Of a stretch of 37,779 nt of DNA, positions 18,943 through 28,082 are shown piece by piece. The DNA is from Trueperaceae bacterium (lineage in GTDB: Bacteria > Deinococcota > Deinococci > Deinococcales > Trueperaceae). Where the stretch lies: positions 1-37,779 of the forward strand of contig DASSXV010000088.1 of assembly GCA_035703635.1 (NCBI GenBank), in the 5' to 3' direction. The notes beneath the pieces are model-generated. The model searched no databases, was not told where the DNA came from, and worked only from the letters and a program-made list of their open reading frames with translations. Positions within the stretch are counted from its first letter, which is position 1. Every line of letters begins with the position of its first letter. The position numbers were made by a program, and so were the translations under genes.

Positions 18943-18977
18943 GTCCTTGAGGACCAGCGAACTGGGCCCTCAAGGAC
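18943..18977. terminator. strong hairpin between convergent genes (possible terminator)
   Basis: GTCCTTGAGG-ACCAG-cgaa-CTGG-GC-CCTCAAGGAC. Confidence 0.55.
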
Positions 18978-19047
18978 GAATAGTGAACTAGCACCATGCC
19001 AATAGGCCGTCGGGGTACTTGGTTCGAAACGACCTACCGCCGCCCGG

Positions 19048-19722
19048 CTAGACTCCGCAGCCGACTTTTGTCCGGAAGCCGGCTGCCACTGTCGGCACTG
19101 AGGCCACGCTCGCGTCCGTGACTAGCGGCAACTGAGGCAACGGGCGTGGCGCTGGACTATCGGGCGTCTGTTGAGCATGGTTCAGCGGGTCGTACTCACT
19201 GCCGTGGCAAGGGCAATGGAACAGCTTCTGATCGGCTAGCCAGTCTGTGACCTGGCAGCATTGATGGGTGCAGGTCGCCGCATATGCCACGACTCCGGAG
19301 GCCGTCGTGTAGCCCTTGGTGTCGACGCTGTACGCGTCCTCCGGGAAGCGAGCGAGCAGGACGGCGTTCTGCGTGTTGCCGTCTCGCACGACTTCTACGA
19401 CCGGGGTCGAGCCCTTGTTCGACACTTGCGCTGGCCACGCCAGAATCTGCGGCCCGCCAAGCGGAATATCGGCATCCGTGATTAGCTTGCCCTTGTTAGA
19501 CGACCCTGCGAACACGAAGCAGTCGCCCTTCTGAGGCGGCATTTTCGTTGGGTCAGTTGCGGCGCCCGACTGCGCGAGTGCCGCCTGAAAGCCTTGTCCT
19601 GTCGACAAAGTAACACCCGCAAGCACGGCGCCTTTGAGCAAGTCCCTACGGCTTACCGCGTGCTTCGCACCAGGCTCGGCCGGTCCCTCAAGTTCGTTGC
19701 CCTTTTGCTTTGCCATATTCAC
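19048..19722 (-). CDS. Tat-exported Rieske [2Fe-2S] protein
   Basis: SRRDLLK signal; box 1 CTHQCC, box 2 CPCHGSEYD; PAPRPLPQLP; GGAGG RBS. Confidence 0.92.
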   Translation of the reverse strand: MNMAKQKGNELEGPAEPGAKHAVSRRDLLKGAVLAGVTLSTGQGFQAALAQSGAATDPTKMPPQKGDCFVFAGSSNKGKLITDADIPLGGPQILAWPAQVSNKGSTPVVEVVRDGNTQNAVLLARFPEDAYSVDTKGYTTASGVVAYAATCTHQCCQVTDWLADQKLFHCPCHGSEYDPLNHAQQTPDSPAPRPLPQLPLVTDASVASVPTVAAGFRTKVGCGV

Positions 19723-20189
19723 TTTGCCTCCATCTCACCGAGCTAACGCTACTGGCAAGTCAACGGCGTGGACGAAGCACTCGAACCGCCCTTGTTCTGC
19801 TCTCGTGATCCAAGGTGCAGACCGCCACCTGATGCTGCTCGAGGCCCTCCCGACCCCCGCTCGCTGCCTGGGCCGCCCGCCTATCGACCCGCTCCACGAC
19901 ACCACCGTGGTGTCGTTGACGAGAACGTCGTTGCCAGACTTCGGCGGGGGCGCAAGTGAGCATGAAGTGACAGTAATGTGACCGTCTGAGATTTTCGGAT
20001 CATCCGTCACACTTACTTGCTGCTAAGTAGCGCCATAGCACGCCCTACTAGCACCCAATCATCACTTGAGCATGCCATGCTCAGGCGCGCTATGGCGAAC
20101 TGCGTTGCGCTATGCGATACGCACGCCCGTCGAATATTTTGCTTACGTTGGTGAGAAACGCCCGCCCGTAATGAGGTCAGCTGTCTAAG

Positions 20190-21611
20190 TCACGGCCGCC
20201 GGAGCAACTTCACAGGCAACGTCACCCTGAACACCGTAGAACCGGGCTTCGACGTGAACGTCAAGCTGCCGCCATGGCGCTGCTCCACGATCTCCTTGCT
20301 CAAGTAGAGGCCAAGGCCTGTGCCCTCGCCAACGCCTTTCGTGCTCATGAACGGCTCGAAGAGACGCGGCGCGACGCTTGCCGGGATACCTGGTCCGTTG
20401 TCTTCGATCTCGACGCTCACCTGGCCATCGCCGCGTAGGGTCCTCACCGTGAGAACACCCGACCCGTTCATGGCGCTTACGGCGTTGTCTATCAGGTTCG
20501 TCCACACCTGGTTCAGCTCGCTGACGTACGCCTCGATGGCCGGCAAGTCAACCGCGTACTCCTTGACTACGGTCACCCCGCCTTCCTTCAGGCGGTGTTT
20601 GAGGATGACGAGGGTAGTCTCGAGGCCAGCGCGCACGTCGACCGAGGCGATGGGAGCCTTGTCGAGGTGGGTATAGTCCTTGACCGCCGAGACCAGCGCG
20701 GAGATCGCTTCGCTGCTGAGGATGATGTCTCGCTGTAGCACCAGGCAGGCGCCGTTAGCAGCCAGCCAAGCCGCGGCGCGCAAGCGGTTGTCCGGCCCGA
20801 AAGGGGCAAGGGCCTCGCCCACGGCTTGCGCGTTCCAGCCACCATCGGCCAGCGCGGCAGCGGCATCCCACGCGGCAGGCAGACCGAGCTGCGTTAGGTA
20901 ATCAGTGAGCTCGTCCTCGGTGCTACCAGCGCCCACCGTGACGTCGGCGGCGGCCAACCTGGCGGATGCCAGCTTGCTCAACCCGTTAGCCGCGATCAGT
21001 TCTTCCCTACTCAACGGATGGCTGAAGAGTTCGATGCCGGCGCGCTGACGCTCGTCCAACACCTTGCCGATTTCCGCAGAACTCCGCCGCAGCGCCGCCG
21101 CTGGGTTGTTCAGTTCGTGAGCCAGCCCGGCGGCCATCGTGCCGAGCGCAGCCAGCTTCTCTCGCCGCGCCAACTGCCCGGCAAGGGCGTGCTCGCGCTC
21201 GAGCGACGTGCGGTAGATGGTCGTTGCCGCGTCGACCGAGCAAGACAGGAGCGCAGCTAACGCTTCACGGTCGACCGCCAGAAGGGTTACCGGCGTGGCG
21301 GCGCGCACGGAAGCCGTGCGGCGCCCACTACCGAGCAGCGCCATCTCGCCAACCACGTCACCGGGACCGCGGGTGGCTACTACCTCATTGACCTGGCCCT
21401 CGACGATGCTCACCTCTAGGCTCCCCGAGAGGACGACGAACATCTCCTCGCCAGCTTCGCCCTCCCTCATCAACCAGCTGCCAGCAGGTAGTTCCACGTT
21501 ACGTGCGAGGGTGACGAGGCGCTGCAAGTCCGCCTCGCTGAGGGGCGACAAGAGCTCGACCTGCCTTAGGTAGGCAGTTGGTCCGGTAACGTTCGCATCT
21601 TTGGCACTCAT
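20190..21611 (-). CDS. soluble histidine kinase with N-terminal cyclic-nucleotide-binding domain
   Basis: cNMP domain VVGEMALLGSGRRTASVRA; H-box LAHELNNP; N-box NQVWTNLIDNA; DNGPGIP; GTGLGL. Confidence 0.93.
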   Translation of the reverse strand: MSAKDANVTGPTAYLRQVELLSPLSEADLQRLVTLARNVELPAGSWLMREGEAGEEMFVVLSGSLEVSIVEGQVNEVVATRGPGDVVGEMALLGSGRRTASVRAATPVTLLAVDREALAALLSCSVDAATTIYRTSLEREHALAGQLARREKLAALGTMAAGLAHELNNPAAALRRSSAEIGKVLDERQRAGIELFSHPLSREELIAANGLSKLASARLAAADVTVGAGSTEDELTDYLTQLGLPAAWDAAAALADGGWNAQAVGEALAPFGPDNRLRAAAWLAANGACLVLQRDIILSSEAISALVSAVKDYTHLDKAPIASVDVRAGLETTLVILKHRLKEGGVTVVKEYAVDLPAIEAYVSELNQVWTNLIDNAVSAMNGSGVLTVRTLRGDGQVSVEIEDNGPGIPASVAPRLFEPFMSTKGVGEGTGLGLYLSKEIVEQRHGGSLTFTSKPGSTVFRVTLPVKLLRRP

Positions 21612-21639
21612 TCGCCCTCTTCCCCGCCTGCCGGCCAGC

Positions 21640-23325
21640 TCAGGTCTCAGCTAGATGACGATGGATGAACATCACGGCCATGGCACCCTCGCCAACTGCC
21701 GAAGCAACACGCTTCACCGATTGGTGCCGCACGTCCCCAGCCGCGAACACGCCAGGCACGCTGCTCTCCAACCAGTAAGGCGCGCGTTCGAGCGGCCACC
21801 CTTCTGGCCGCGAGTCGCCGGCGCGCGCCAGGTCAGCTCCCGTAAGCAGATAGCCCTGGCGATCGGCGAGCACCGTCCCCGTCAGCCACGAGGTGTGTGG
21901 CGCCGCGCCGATGAACACGAACGTCGCGGCGGCAGGCACTGCCTCCACCTCCCCAGTATCTAGGTTTCGCGCCTGGACGGCCTCCAGCCGAGTTTCTCCG
22001 ATCAGCTCGGCCGCCACGCTCCGCGGCCGCACTTCGATGTTCGGCGTCTCCTCGATCTGCTTGATGAGATAGTGCGACATGCTGCTCGCCAAAGACGACG
22101 CGCGCACCAAGATCGTCACTTGCCTCGCGAAGCGCGCCAGGTAAACCGCAGCCTGCCCTGCTGAGTTGCCGCCGCCGATGACCACCGCGTGACCGTCCCT
22201 GACGAGTTGCGCCTCCGTTAGCGCGGCGCCGTAATACACCCCGGAACCCTCCAGCCGCTCGGCGCCAACGGCGTCCAGTTTCCGGTAAGCCACGCCAGTC
22301 GTGACGAGCACGGTGCGACCGCGCACCTCTTGGCCATCGCTCAACTTAACGAATAGGTAAGGCGCTGCCCTGCGCAGGCCGACTGCCACCGCGGGGGTGA
22401 GGATCTCAGCGCCGAAGCGCCGCGCCTGCGTGGTTGCACGCCTGCTTAGCTCCGCACCGCTGACGCCGCTCGGGAAGCCGAGGTAGTTCTCGATCCTCGA
22501 ACTCGTGCCTGCCTGGCCGCCCGGCGCGTCACTCTCGAGCAGGACGGTGGTGAGGCCCTCGGAGGCGCCGTAAACAGCCGCCGCCAGGCCAGCGGGGCCT
22601 GCACCCACCACGACGACGTCGTAGAGCGGCAAGTCGGCGATAGTCTGGAGGCCGATCCGTTCGGCGACCGTGGCGATGGTCGGCTTCACGTACGCTGTGC
22701 CGTCAGCCAAGAGGAGCACGGGAAGTTCACTGGCGTCGGCCCCCGCCAGGGTGAGGAGGTTCGTGGCGTCCGCCGCGCTCTCCACATCTAGCCAGCGGTA
22801 AGGCACGAGGTTGCGACCGAGGAACTCCCTCAGCTCGTGACTCGCGGCCGAGTAACTCAAGCCGATCAGCGTCAACCCGGTGAACGGCGGGCGGTGGTCG
22901 GCGTGCCAGTCGTCAAGCAACTCGTTCAGCACCGGGTAGAGGCGCTCCTCCGGCGGGTCCCAGGGCTTCATGAGGTAGTAGTCGAGCCTCGTGGTGTTGA
23001 TGGCCTCGATCGACGCTTGCGAGTCGGCGTACGCGGTGAGCAGTACCCGCTTGGCGTCCGGGTAGAGTTCCCGCGCCTGGGCGAGGAACTCGAGCCCGGA
23101 CATGTTCGGCATGCGCTGGTCGACGAGGAAGAGCGCCACCGTGCCGTTCGCTAGGCGCAGACTGCCGAGTTCCGCAAGCGCGGCGGCGCCCGACGTCGCC
23201 CGCATGATCCGGTAAACCTCGCCGTAACGGTTCCTCAAGTCCCGCGCTACGGCGCCGAGCACCCCGAGGTCGTCGTCGACGGCGTAGATGATCGGTTTTG
23301 GCGCCGACACAGCTTGCTCGATCAC
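21640..23325 (-). CDS. response-regulator receiver fused to a thioredoxin-reductase-like FAD/NAD(P)H oxidoreductase
   Basis: REC motifs VDDD, VDQRMP, LTAY, KPW; GAGPAGL, GGGNSAGQ, GVFAAGD; GVYYGAA sits where CxxC would be. Confidence 0.92.
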   Translation of the reverse strand: MIEQAVSAPKPIIYAVDDDLGVLGAVARDLRNRYGEVYRIMRATSGAAALAELGSLRLANGTVALFLVDQRMPNMSGLEFLAQARELYPDAKRVLLTAYADSQASIEAINTTRLDYYLMKPWDPPEERLYPVLNELLDDWHADHRPPFTGLTLIGLSYSAASHELREFLGRNLVPYRWLDVESAADATNLLTLAGADASELPVLLLADGTAYVKPTIATVAERIGLQTIADLPLYDVVVVGAGPAGLAAAVYGASEGLTTVLLESDAPGGQAGTSSRIENYLGFPSGVSGAELSRRATTQARRFGAEILTPAVAVGLRRAAPYLFVKLSDGQEVRGRTVLVTTGVAYRKLDAVGAERLEGSGVYYGAALTEAQLVRDGHAVVIGGGNSAGQAAVYLARFARQVTILVRASSLASSMSHYLIKQIEETPNIEVRPRSVAAELIGETRLEAVQARNLDTGEVEAVPAAATFVFIGAAPHTSWLTGTVLADRQGYLLTGADLARAGDSRPEGWPLERAPYWLESSVPGVFAAGDVRHQSVKRVASAVGEGAMAVMFIHRHLAET

Positions 23326-26300
23326 GCCGGACTCCTCACGGCGCTGCCGCCCTGCAGCGGTGGAGGTGCGAGCCGAAGTTCTGCCACCGACGAGGCCAGC
23401 TTTTCGCTGAGCTCCCGCGCTTCTCGGCCGGCGGTGGCGCTTGCCTCGTCGTTACCGAGGGCGCCCTCCAGCTGGCTGAGGAGCGCAAGGGCGCGCCGTT
23501 GGTAAGGCAGCATGCCGCGCTCCCTGAACCAGCTCACAGACGCAGCGACTAGTTGCTCCGCCCTCTCCGTCTGTCCGCACCTCCAGAGCGCTTCGGCAAG
23601 CACTAGCCGGCCCTTCGCGACTCCGAAGCCGTCGTGTACGGCCTCTGCCCTTCCGAGCTCCAGCTCAACCGTCTGCGCGGCGGCGGCGACGTCGTGATCT
23701 ACGAACCCCGCGCTTGCCATCTCGATGCGGACGTTGTGCAGCATCGGCTCGAAGGACGTACCTGCACCGTACTCAAGCGAGCGGCGAAGGTTGGCGGTCG
23801 CCTCTTCCAAGCGCCTGACCTGTAGTTCCCCCGTGCCCACCAAGTGAAACGCGGCACATGCGCACTCCATGCCGTTCACGCTCAACGCCAGATCGCCCCC
23901 GCGCCGCGCGTACTCAAGGCCCAAGTCCGTGAGACCCATGTCTATGTACGCAGCCCCCACAAGCGCGTTGACGTCCGCCAACTTGATGATCGAGCCGCTG
24001 TCCACTGCAGCCTGTAGACCGAGTTCGGCCGACTCCAGCGCGCCAGCGAACTCTCCGAGACGGGCGAGGGCCGCCGCTTTCGAACCTAGTGAGTGAGCTT
24101 CGATGGCCTTGTGGCCGACCTTGCGGGCAAGCGCGATGACACTGTCGAACTGCACGACGGCCCCGGCAGGATCGTCGTCGACCATGCTCTCGGTCGCCGC
24201 CCAGAACGGTTGCAGGAAGAGGCGCTCGTCGCCCAGGCGCAGGGCTACGTCGTGCGCCTCACCTAACACCTCGAAGCCGGCGGCCGGGAAGCCGGAGAGC
24301 ACTTGGACGTTGCCAAGCGCAACCAGCGAGCTCACGAGGCGGCGGTCGTCTTTGAGGGTCCTGGCCGTGGCGACCGCGGCCCCTCCCCTAGCGATGATCG
24401 CGCCGCGCTTCGTGGTGTCCTCGTGCCAGCGCAGCGTAACGGCGGCGTTGACCCAACCAACGGCAGCATCGACGGCGACCTCTTTGTGCTCGACTGACGC
24501 CTCGACGCCGGGCTCAAGCGCGGAGTTCAGGTGGTCGAGGGCGGCCAACGCGGCCTCGTACAGCTCCACCGCTTCCGCCGTGTCGTACAGACGTACCGCC
24601 TGGCCAGCGGCGCTAACGCTATGCCGCGCGCCCGCCAGCCACTGCTCGCCGAGGAGGTAGTGGTAGGCGAGAAGCCTCGCCATCTCCGGCAGGTGCTTGC
24701 CACTACGCGCCTCGAGCTCACGTGCTACGCACGCGTGCAGTTCACGCCTCCGCCTTAGCAGCAGCCGTTGATAGGCCGCGTCTCTCGTCAGCTCGTGCTT
24801 GAACCGGAAGTCGGCGTCGGCGATCAGGACGTGGTTGATGAGGTCCTCGTCGCTCAACTCTTCGAGGTACGGGAGCACGTCCGGCGCGGAGGCGTTACTG
24901 CGCATCACCGCACTGAGAACTGGGCTAGCGAACTCGCGGCCGATGACGGCGGCGGTCTGAAGCACGTCGCGCGTGGCATGCGGCAATCGGTCGATGCGGG
25001 CGCTCAACACGCCGCTTAGCGTGTTCGGTACGTTCGCCTGATCGATGCGGCTGGTAGCCCGCCACGTCCCACCCTCGTTGGCGATCGCGCCCGAATCGAT
25101 CAGCGAACGCAACACCTCCTCGAGGTAGAACGGGTTGCCGTCCGCCTTGCTGACGATTCTGGAGCGCACTTCTTCAGGCATGCCCTCGACGTCGAGCATT
25201 CTCTCAAGGAGTTCCTGCGAGTCATCGCGGTCGAGGGCGGCCACCTCGAGGACGACCGGGCCCGCGACCAGACCGGGAATGCCCGCACCTCGCGCACCTT
25301 CGATGAGCCGCCACGCCTCTGAGTGGTGTTCCGGCCGCGCCAAGCACACGATGAGCACGCGGCTGTCCTGTAACGCCACGGCGACGTCCGCCACCAGCCT
25401 GATCGAGGCCGGATCGGCCCAGTGGAAGTCCTCGAAAGCAACCACGAGCGTGCGCTCGCGCGCGAGTTGCCCGAGCTGCTGCGAGATGTCGCGCACGAGC
25501 CTGCTAGCGAACCTGTCGCCGTCCACCGCGTTCGGGTTCGCGGCCGCCGGGTCGTCAGACTCGTCGAGTAGTTGGGCGATGGCGCCTGCGTGGTCATCGC
25601 CAGCGGGCTCTGCCACACCGCGGAGTAGCTGCCGCCATGGGTAGTAGGGCGAAGTACGCTCGTAAGGCACGCTTTTCGCCTCGAGAACCAAGGCCGTACC
25701 GCCAGCGCGGGCCGTCGCCTCGGCAAGCAGTCTCGACTTGCCGAGCCCGGCCTCGCCGATGAGGAAAGCTAGCCGCCCGCGCCCCGCATCCGCCTCAGCA
25801 AGCATGTTCGTGAGCGCTCCAAGTTCAGCGGTCCTGCCAACGAACGGCGAGACGACGTCCGCCAGGTTCTGGCTTACTGCGGTCTTGGTTCGGCGCCCTA
25901 CCACCTCGTACGTACTGAGCAGGTCGGCCTTACCCTTCAGCGGCTCCCTGGATGCGTCCTTGATCTCGAATAGCTGGTTGACCAGCGCGTAAGTCGCTGG
26001 ACCGATCACGATTCCCTGCGGCTGCGCCAACCCTTGGAGCCGTGCGGCGACGTTAGCGGTGTCGCCCATCGCCGTGTACTCGGCCTTGGTCTCGTCGCCA
26101 ACGGTAGTGACGACGGTCAACCCGGTGTTTATCCCAACGCGCACGGCGAAATCCAGTCCATGCTTGCGCTTGACGATCGCACCGTACGCGGCGGCCGCGT
26201 CACGCATGTCCAACGCCGCCATCACTGCGCGCGCCGCGTCATCATCGTGAGCTTCTGGCGCGCCGAACAGGGCGAGGACGGCGTCGCCCATCAACCGCCC

Positions 26301-26543
26301 AACGGTTCCTTCGTAACGGTTGACGGCCGCGATCATGAACGCGAACGCGCCGTTCATGAGCTCAACCCATTCCTCTGGGTCAACCTGCTCCGCAAGTGCG
26401 GTAGACCCAACCACGTCAGCGAAGAGAACGCTTACGAGGCGCCTCTCGCCCTCAAGCGGCCGCGTGACGGGCAAAGCCGTACCGCAGTTGCTGCAGAACT
26501 TCGCTCCTTGCGGGTTAACGGCCCGGCAGTTGGGGCATGTCAC
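23322..26543 (-). CDS. class III adenylate/guanylate cyclase with zinc ribbon, AAA/STAND ATPase and TPR region
   Basis: CPNC..FCSNCG; LFADVVGST, MGDAVLALFG, GDTANVAARLQ; Walker A GEAGLGKS, Walker B FEDFHWAD, GNPFY; GGAGGAGG RBS before GTG 26543. Confidence 0.92.
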   Translation of the reverse strand: MTCPNCRAVNPQGAKFCSNCGTALPVTRPLEGERRLVSVLFADVVGSTALAEQVDPEEWVELMNGAFAFMIAAVNRYEGTVGRLMGDAVLALFGAPEAHDDDAARAVMAALDMRDAAAAYGAIVKRKHGLDFAVRVGINTGLTVVTTVGDETKAEYTAMGDTANVAARLQGLAQPQGIVIGPATYALVNQLFEIKDASREPLKGKADLLSTYEVVGRRTKTAVSQNLADVVSPFVGRTAELGALTNMLAEADAGRGRLAFLIGEAGLGKSRLLAEATARAGGTALVLEAKSVPYERTSPYYPWRQLLRGVAEPAGDDHAGAIAQLLDESDDPAAANPNAVDGDRFASRLVRDISQQLGQLARERTLVVAFEDFHWADPASIRLVADVAVALQDSRVLIVCLARPEHHSEAWRLIEGARGAGIPGLVAGPVVLEVAALDRDDSQELLERMLDVEGMPEEVRSRIVSKADGNPFYLEEVLRSLIDSGAIANEGGTWRATSRIDQANVPNTLSGVLSARIDRLPHATRDVLQTAAVIGREFASPVLSAVMRSNASAPDVLPYLEELSDEDLINHVLIADADFRFKHELTRDAAYQRLLLRRRRELHACVARELEARSGKHLPEMARLLAYHYLLGEQWLAGARHSVSAAGQAVRLYDTAEAVELYEAALAALDHLNSALEPGVEASVEHKEVAVDAAVGWVNAAVTLRWHEDTTKRGAIIARGGAAVATARTLKDDRRLVSSLVALGNVQVLSGFPAAGFEVLGEAHDVALRLGDERLFLQPFWAATESMVDDDPAGAVVQFDSVIALARKVGHKAIEAHSLGSKAAALARLGEFAGALESAELGLQAAVDSGSIIKLADVNALVGAAYIDMGLTDLGLEYARRGGDLALSVNGMECACAAFHLVGTGELQVRRLEEATANLRRSLEYGAGTSFEPMLHNVRIEMASAGFVDHDVAAAAQTVELELGRAEAVHDGFGVAKGRLVLAEALWRCGQTERAEQLVAASVSWFRERGMLPYQRRALALLSQLEGALGNDEASATAGREARELSEKLASSVAELRLAPPPLQGGSAVRSPA

Positions 26544-26726
26544 AGGTTGCCTCCTCCGACCACATGTGGCCGGCGTCACCGGATGCGCGACGCCAGAGTC
26601 AACGCCACCAAACGCGGACGGCGCGAGCGGGGCGCAGCGAGTCCGGCTGGTTGAGAATACTGCCGGAGGAGGCACTTGTCTGGTGATCAGCTTGCGCTGG
26701 CGTGTCAGACGGGCAACTGACTCGCT

Positions 26727-27995
26727 CTACGTCGCCGCCTTAACCCGCGCGTCCGGTAAGAACACTACGAACAACCCGACCACGGGCAACCAGCCGCAGA
26801 GTTGGTACACGAAGGTGATGCCGTGGCTATCGGCCAGCCCTCCGAGCAGTGCCGCGGCGATGCCAGCCACGCCGAACGATAGGCCGTACAGCAGGCCGGA
26901 GACCATTCCAACACCCGCGGGTAGTAGTTCTTGCGCGTAAACGATGATGGCGGGGAACGCGGACGCCATCACTATGCCGATGATCGCGGTGAGGACGATG
27001 GTCCATGGGAGGTTCACCCAAGGCAGGAGGAGCGTGAAAGGCAGCGCCCCGAGAACGCTGCCCCAGAGAACGAGCTTGCGGCCGAAGCGATCGCCGAGGG
27101 GGCCGCCGATGATGGTACCGACCGCCACGGCGGCCATGTAACCGAAGAGCAACAGTTGCGACTGGCGGATGGTGACCTCGAACCGCTCGATCAGGAAAAA
27201 GGTGTAGTAGCTGCTTAGGCTCGCGCCGTAGACGGCCTTCGAGAAAGTCAGGACGACGAGAATGGCGATCGAACCCAAGATCCGCTTGCGGCTGGAGTTG
27301 GCGTAAGCGGCCTGGCCTCTACGCTTGAGGTTGGCGACGTGGCCCTTGTACCACTTGCCTACCCTATGCAGCACGACCATCGCTAGTAGCGCCACTGCCG
27401 AGAACCACGCGATGCTCCCCTGGCCAAGCGGCAGGACGATGTAAGCGGCGAGAAGTGGGCCGATCGCGGAACCGAAGTTCCCGCCGACCTGGAACATCGA
27501 CTGGGCGAGGCCCGGCTGCATGCCCGCCGCCATGCGCGCCACGCGCGACGCCTCCGGATGGAACACCGCCGAGCCAAGGCCGATGAGGGCGGCGGCCAGT
27601 ATCAGCAGCCAGTACTGGTGCGCTGCCGAGAGCAGCAGGAGGCCGCTGAGAGTCGAGCCCATGCCGATCGCCATCGAGAAAGGTAGCGGCCTGCGGTCGG
27701 CGATGATTCCAACGACCGGTTGCAGCAACGACGCCGTGAACTGGAACGTCAACGTCAGGAGCCCGATCTGCCCGAAGGTGAGGGCGTAATTGTCCTTGAG
27801 CATCGGGTAGATGGCAGGCAGGAGTGCCTGCATGAGGTCGTTTAGGAAATGCGAGAAGCTGATCGCGGCTATGACCGTGAAGACCGTAGCTGGCACCGCA
27901 CTTGTGATGGCCTGCGTAGCAGTCTGCTGCGCTTGCGGCAGTGGGTTGGCGCCCGTTTCGTCCGCAACCGCTTCTACCGAACCCTTAGTCGACAA
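26727..27995 (-). CDS. fsr: MFS transporter, fosmidomycin-resistance (Fsr) family
   Basis: SHFLNDLMQAL, SLLQP, GSAVFHPEASRVAR, QSMFQVGGNFG, GDRFGRK, VYAQEL. Confidence 0.88.
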   Translation of the reverse strand: MSTKGSVEAVADETGANPLPQAQQTATQAITSAVPATVFTVIAAISFSHFLNDLMQALLPAIYPMLKDNYALTFGQIGLLTLTFQFTASLLQPVVGIIADRRPLPFSMAIGMGSTLSGLLLLSAAHQYWLLILAAALIGLGSAVFHPEASRVARMAAGMQPGLAQSMFQVGGNFGSAIGPLLAAYIVLPLGQGSIAWFSAVALLAMVVLHRVGKWYKGHVANLKRRGQAAYANSSRKRILGSIAILVVLTFSKAVYGASLSSYYTFFLIERFEVTIRQSQLLLFGYMAAVAVGTIIGGPLGDRFGRKLVLWGSVLGALPFTLLLPWVNLPWTIVLTAIIGIVMASAFPAIIVYAQELLPAGVGMVSGLLYGLSFGVAGIAAALLGGLADSHGITFVYQLCGWLPVVGLFVVFLPDARVKAAT

Positions 27996-28082
27996 CGTGC
28001 GCTCCCACCCTCAGCTCAGAGCGCGACCTGCAGGCCGCGCCCGAAAGAATCTTGACGAACTTACCGCGTTCTAGCCGCGTGC

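Noticed and set aside
18885-18950. Small ORF MGHSGGCRDFPSAKAPSMASP with GGAG RBS after the PQQ operon, considered as PqqA
   Set aside because: It lacks the E-x-x-x-Y motif of PqqA; no pqq genes were recognised anywhere in the window.
19735-20010. Short ORFs upstream of the Rieske gene, considered as a missing cytochrome c
   Set aside because: No CxxCH, no signal peptide and no family-like sequence.
5049-26543. Patatin plus nucleotide cyclase as a CBASS/Pycsar anti-phage system
   Set aside because: There is no CD-NTase, the genes are about 16 kb apart, and the architectures match NTE-like patatin and cyclase-STAND signalling proteins.
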